A DNA stretch of 54,599 bases from Nemertoderma westbladi. Lineage: Eukaryota > Animalia > Xenacoelomorpha. The translations under genes were made by a program, and so were the position numbers. Positions 49,087 to 54,599 of this stretch are shown piece after piece. The stretch lies in contig JAUCBJ010005450.1 in the NCBI GenBank assembly GCA_032718475.1, forward strand, positions 1 through 54,599, in the 5' to 3' direction. Numbering within the stretch: position 1 is the stretch's first letter; each line of letters starts with the position of its first letter. Under the pieces are notes generated by a model that was not told where the DNA came from, ran no database searches, and worked only from the letters and a program-made list of their open reading frames with translations.

Positions 49087-52000
49087 GAAATTTGTATTTT
49101 GGGGCCATTTATTTTCGTGTGGTGCTAATTGGTAGGCCAATGAGAAGCGTACAGCGTAGCGAATAATGAGCCAGGCCAATCATAGGGCATAAATTATCTT
49201 ATTGCTCAAATGTGAGGCAGTGGAAAATTCTGTTAGGATTCCATGTCCCAGATTTAGTGTAAGGGCCGGACTGCGTTGAACGATGAGCTGGGCCAATCAT
49301 AGAGCACGAAGCACTTCATTGCTCAATGGTGAAGCTGTGGAAAATTCTGTTTAGTTTCCATGTGCAATTTCTAGTATAAAAAGGCCGGTTTGCCTTCGGT
49401 TATCACCTTATATTATGTCACTTCTTACCACTTTGTAAAACTCTTACTTTTGTAAAATTAGTTTATTCGGTTTCTTGTTGAAACTTCGTTTGATAAATCC
49501 TTTTGTAAAACTGTAAATATACTGCAATTTCCTGACATGTTTTCTTTTGGTCCGACTTCGGGACAGCCGAACACCAGGGAGATGGCAGCCTAGATCGTTA
49601 GGCCGTAAGCAACGCAGGGAAGGGATGTCCACAACACGCTAGCGCCCACATTTGGATTGACCGCGCACCCCCTTTGCCCTTCGAAATACTCCACTTGCTA
49701 TGCAGCGCCCGCTTTGTGAGAAGGTAAGACTTTGTTCGACGCCCTTGCCCGCCGTAAGACCTATAGATCAGGGTAAGCGTGACACCGCACTGGACGCCGC
49801 AAATTTAGGATCAAATAATTATATCCAGACACCCCCCCCCCCTTCTTGTCAGTCCTACGAACCCCTGGGTTAACCTGTACTTCCTACAGGTGCGAACTAT
49901 TGCCATTCGTCAGTACGCGAGTACACATTAGGTACGGACAGCATACGTTCCATAATTTAGTGATTCATAGCACTGACTGTTTGGTACCGGTTCGCTTTGT
50001 AGAACGTACATTAGTACCCCCCCCCCCCCCCCCCCTTGTCTGGAGTTAGCTATTTGATCAGGCAAGGAGCATTTCTGCTACCGGCACACTGCTTGGCCTA
50101 GGGAGGTTTATTAATATCCTACCGCGCCTTGCCACGTACTGATAGGTATTGCTGCTAACTACCGCAGCAACAAAGTTCTAGAATTAAATTAGTATACCAG
50201 ATCAGCTAACGTACGGTAGCGATTAACCCCTATTCTTATCTTACAACCAGAATCTGGTATTAGTGCCGATCACGGGTGTAGTTACTAACACTGTGGTTGC
50301 CCATTGGGTTGTGGATAGGAAGGAGAGAGCTTTGACGTCATTCGTGAGTATAAAGTTCTACAAACGCGACTAGTTTATTTTAGTAGCTAGCGCACGGTAT
50401 CATTTTAGTCAGAAAATCACTAAAACCTAGTAAAGGAATTACACGAAATTGTTTTATTTGTAACACACCCACACACACACGCCCTAAAACATATTGCCCT
50501 TAAAGTTCTACTAGCTATAGCGTACTATACATTACTTTAGGTGGAAATTATCCGTATTTGTAAAATTAGGATCTGATTTAGTTGCGGCAAAATAAGGAGT
50601 ATTTCACTTTCGTTATTAAACTGTTGTTTGTCTGGACAACGGTATTGTTACATTTAGGCCTGACCTTTTAGACTGATTTCGTACAGGGGGATCAGTTATT
50701 GTTACATTTAGGCACGACCCCTTTTCGACTGATTTAGGACTGTCAGTGTTGTTACGCTAGGTCTGTTAACCCACTAGCTCGTATATAAACCATATAAATC
50801 ACACCGCGGCAAGTTACTGTATTTAGGACTGTCAGTGATAGTTAGGATTCGCTGCGCGGGGATTGTTTTCCCGTGAGTTTGGTCTGTTACTGTAACTGTA
50901 CATCTGCCTCACCGGTTAGAGGACAGGTATCCTTCTGTCTAGTACGTAGGCATTCGACCCGCTCACGTACATAGAATAGATACAAGGCTCTGTTCCTCGC
51001 CAGTAGTCGTTTGTGTACTGTATCTGTTTGTTTAGATATCCTGGACTGGGATTTGTTGTCAGATACTGTACAAGCCCGTATACATTACTAGAGTCTCATA
51101 GTAAGATACATCGTTACTAGGATCTGGTAAGCGGTATACTACTGGACCCTTACAGTAGGAAGTATTTTATATAAATTAGTATATAGTATTTCTACCATAG
51201 TGTATAGTATTCCTACCTTACAGTAGGAAGTATATTATACAAATTCTGAAATTAGTGTATAGTACTTCTATCGTAGCGTATAGTATAGTTTAGGATTGTT
51301 AGCTATTGAAAGTAGGAGATATTTAAAATTTAAGGTTAGTAAATTTAGTAATTTAGAACGTCCCCTGCTTCAGTAGGCTTTTAGGGTAGCTAGTACTTTC
51401 GTATTTAATCTTTGACTAGCTAACAGTTAGTTTGTAGCACTTTGTTTTACGCCGTGTGTGTGCGGTGTTACTTTTCGGTACTTGAAAAGGTACATAGGGT
51501 TTAAAGACCAATTTGTATCGGTACCTAGGAAGATTTTTCGTAAGCGTAGAAGTAAAACTCTCACCTTCGACCTTTTCAGGACTCAAGGACTCATTTCTGG
51601 ACCGCTTCGAGGATTAGACCGCTTTTCGCAAAGTTTGGGAGACAATAAATTCGTCCGCGCCGCCGAAAAACGGAAAGACCCACGTCCGGTTTGTATTTGG
51701 GAATTTGTACGACTGGAAGATCAAAGGAACGTAAGTTTTACGACTCGCGTCGTTCAAACTTAAGAAAGCACAGTAGTACTCAAAATTTGTGGGTTTCACT
51801 GTCTATTAGTAGTGTTGTTGGTACATATTTTCCCGTTAGACGTTGCTGTTTGGCCTATTGTTTTACTTGTTGATCTACATTTTGTTAACGTATACCGTTA
51901 TCTCACTTATTCGTACAAATTTAGCCGGTAGGCTAGATTACTACTTATTTTATTATATACCTTGTTAGTTTTATTTGTACCGGTTAGGGTATATATGATA

Positions 52001-52160
52001 TATATATATATCAAGGTAAGTTTGACATTTGTACATTTCGACATTTTGACATTTCGACATTCTGACTTGTTGATTTATTTGTACCGGTTAGGTAAGTTTG
52101 ACACTTCAACATTCAGACACTTGACATTTTATTACCCGTACTTGACGTATATAATAAGAC

Positions 52161-54599
52161 ATGAGTGACACACCCCATTCGACGAGATACCCACCTACCG
52201 ACTATGACTCGTGCGACCCGGACAGATCGACAGTAGACGAACCGAGAAGGAGAACCCGAGATTCCACCGATGTCACACCGCTTGCATCGCCGGTACCCCG
52301 AACGGAAATACCGGAAGCCGCAACGCGTGGCGACGGCAGAATCGAAGATTTCCTTACCGTCCCGCAGACTAGATCGCGGGAACCGGACATGGTAAGTTCG
52401 ACTGGAAGCCAGGAGAACGTTATTAGAAGTATAGGAGGACACATGGCCCAGATTACTCGGAACCTCGGAGAAGGTTTTCGCGTTTTACGCGAGTTAACCG
52501 CCCCGATGTCGAGATACGAGTTCTACACCTTACAGGTAAGAATAGAAAGTAGGGTACATGCCTCCGTAGATAAACTTAAAGGTTTGCACGAACTTGCAGA
52601 GTTGCGTGGCGACAACTTTACTCAGGTAAAGATAGTAGATAAATTGGTAAGTGCGAGAGAAAGCCTTATCCAGTTTAAGTCGGTGATAAGATTGGCTCAA
52701 CAGGAGCAGTTCGACCAACTGCTAGGTGAGTCAGTTTCGGACGCGTTGTTACAACCCGAAGAGGAAGAAGAACTCTACTGCCTGGACGGAAGGTTGGAAA
52801 CGCTGACCAATTTTCTTCGTAGATGCGGCGTACCGATCGACGAACCGGAACTCGAACCGCGAGGGACGACGGAAGTTCTCACTACGGAAGGCTCGCGAGC
52901 CTACCAACATCCACCACTGGATAGATCGTTCGTTAGCGTACGGAGCAACGTTGGCGACGTTAGTAGAACAGCGTCTGGAATTACTCGACAACAACAGGAG
53001 GTTGCACGCCGACAACAAGTCGCCGAGGAAGAAGCGCAACTACAGATGGCACAGATCACCATCGAAGGAGAAAAACAGCGCAGAGAGGACGTAGCGAAAC
53101 TTGCGAAACTTCAAGCGCAGGCTGAGTTCGAAGCATCAGAGATGCGGAGACTGGAGGAGGACTTAGCGCGAGAAGCGGCCGCGGCGGCAGCAGCCGACGA
53201 GTTAGCACGACAGGCGGCAGCTGACGAGTTAGCACGGAAGAAAGCAGCATCCGACGCTCGTGCCAAGTTGGAGGCGCGGCAAATAAACGCTCGATTAGCT
53301 ATACAGGAAGCGGAATTAGCGGCACAACAACAGGACGCAGATCGACGCGAAAGGGAGATGCAACTACAGTTCGAATTGAATCGTAGATCGCGCGAGACAG
53401 CGAACGCGCAAGCGGACCTCGAACTCGACGCGAGAGATAGATCTATGAGATCGCGAACTGGACACGACTTGTCTGCCCTGGATCGTATGGAAGCTCGATA
53501 TCGCGGAATACAGAAGCGGATCGAGGAAGGAAGCGTGGGAGCGATAGATCGAGGAGAGGAGTTCGTCGAGGATTACTGTAAACGTTTTCCCCAAGTTATT
53601 CCTATGCTCAAACCCACGACTCCGATAAAACCGGTCTTTGTTACGAAACCTAAGGAAATAACGCCTGTGCGTTCGACGCAAGGCAACAGGTTTGTTGTGA
53701 CGGAATTACCGCAACCTAGGGCGACTTCATCGCCAATTTTAGCAGGTAACATTACTAGTCCACCTACAGTAAGTCGTAGTTTACTTGTAGAGAGAGACGA
53801 ACCTGCGTTTATGACAGTAAAACAGGTGAGTAAACCATTACAAGTTAAACCTGTGACGTGCTGCGCGAACCCAGTCATTTATAAACCTACAGTAGAGCTT
53901 AACTCAGATGTTTTTACTAGACCTCTCACCCAATGTTTAACGAGACCTACGACTTCGTGGAAGGCTTGCGAGCCTACCGAACAACGGAGAGCCGTAGATC
54001 CCAGATCACAACGAACTCGACCAAGGATAATACGCCGGACGCGAACCCGCCAACCACCTTATCCGGACGACAGCGATTCATCCAGTGACTCGGAGTCGAC
54101 GGAACGGGAAATATTCCGTACGGGAGCGGCAGCGGCAGCGGATTACAAACGGGAGGAGAGATCGACGAATCCCTACATCGACAATCCACCTCGAGAAACA
54201 CCCCAACAGAAACCCACGTTGCAACCAGCGGAAGCGATCAGCACCAACAGACTCGCCGAAATAATGCGACCTGTAGCGGACCGACTAGCTCAGATAGAAG
54301 AGCGACTCGAAGCGCAACCGTCGGATCGATCACGGACCAGCGTGGAATTGGAACAACCTAGACAACATCGACCACCGAGGAGAGAACAGGAGACTAGACG
54401 GACTCCGACACATCGAGAGGAAGATCCCGTTAATAATTCCTACCGACGAACAACGCGCGGAAGGGAGCGACTGGACGACGCCATCGAACAGGGACGCGGA
54501 CAGTTGGATTTAGTTAGCGAGATCGCGAAATTCGCGGCTAGACACGGATTACCGGCACAGCAACCGCCGAAGTTCTCTGGCAACGCGAAACACTGGCGT
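52161..54599 (+). pseudogene. Decayed BEL/Pao gag of E4
   Basis: ATG MSDTPHS..., A/E/R-rich coiled coil with stops; ends LPAQQPPKFSGNAKHWR, the start of a DUF1759-like domain. Confidence 0.7.

Larger units (their letters stand above)
48969..54599 (+). mobile_element. BEL/Pao element E4, 5' part: putative LTR ~48969-49537, PBS-like TGGTCCGAC at 49548, long leader and decayed gag; runs off the window
   Basis: TGTAA start; CCAAT boxes and TATAAAA in a duplicated ~117-bp unit; gag-like coding from 52161. LTR limits cannot be verified without the second LTR. Confidence 0.6.

Noticed and set aside
52113-54201. Minus-strand ORFs near the window end
   Set aside because: Antisense shadows of the decayed + strand gag.

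Overview
Eukaryotic (animal-like, intron-containing) genomic DNA, mostly nested transposons. One intact host gene is present: SURF4 (minus strand, 3 exons, 272 aa). A second, unnamed secreted-protein gene is split by a TA-flanked DNA transposon. The window holds five BEL/Pao-type LTR elements or fragments, two 5'-truncated LINEs (CR1-group and RTE), a hAT-like transposase relic carrying a Gypsy fragment, and several MITEs. Most notable: (1) a BEL/Pao element with an extra ORF encoding a DEDDy-like 3'-5' exonuclease plus three CCHC knuckles; (2) a covarying LTR/leader complementarity in that LTR family suggesting tRNA-independent self-priming; (3) a tRNA-like Pol III head fused to a minimal hammerhead ribozyme inside long inverted repeats; (4) a young element with an intact Gag-protease ORF lacking the RT and integrase cores. 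All calls come from manual reading; no searches were run.
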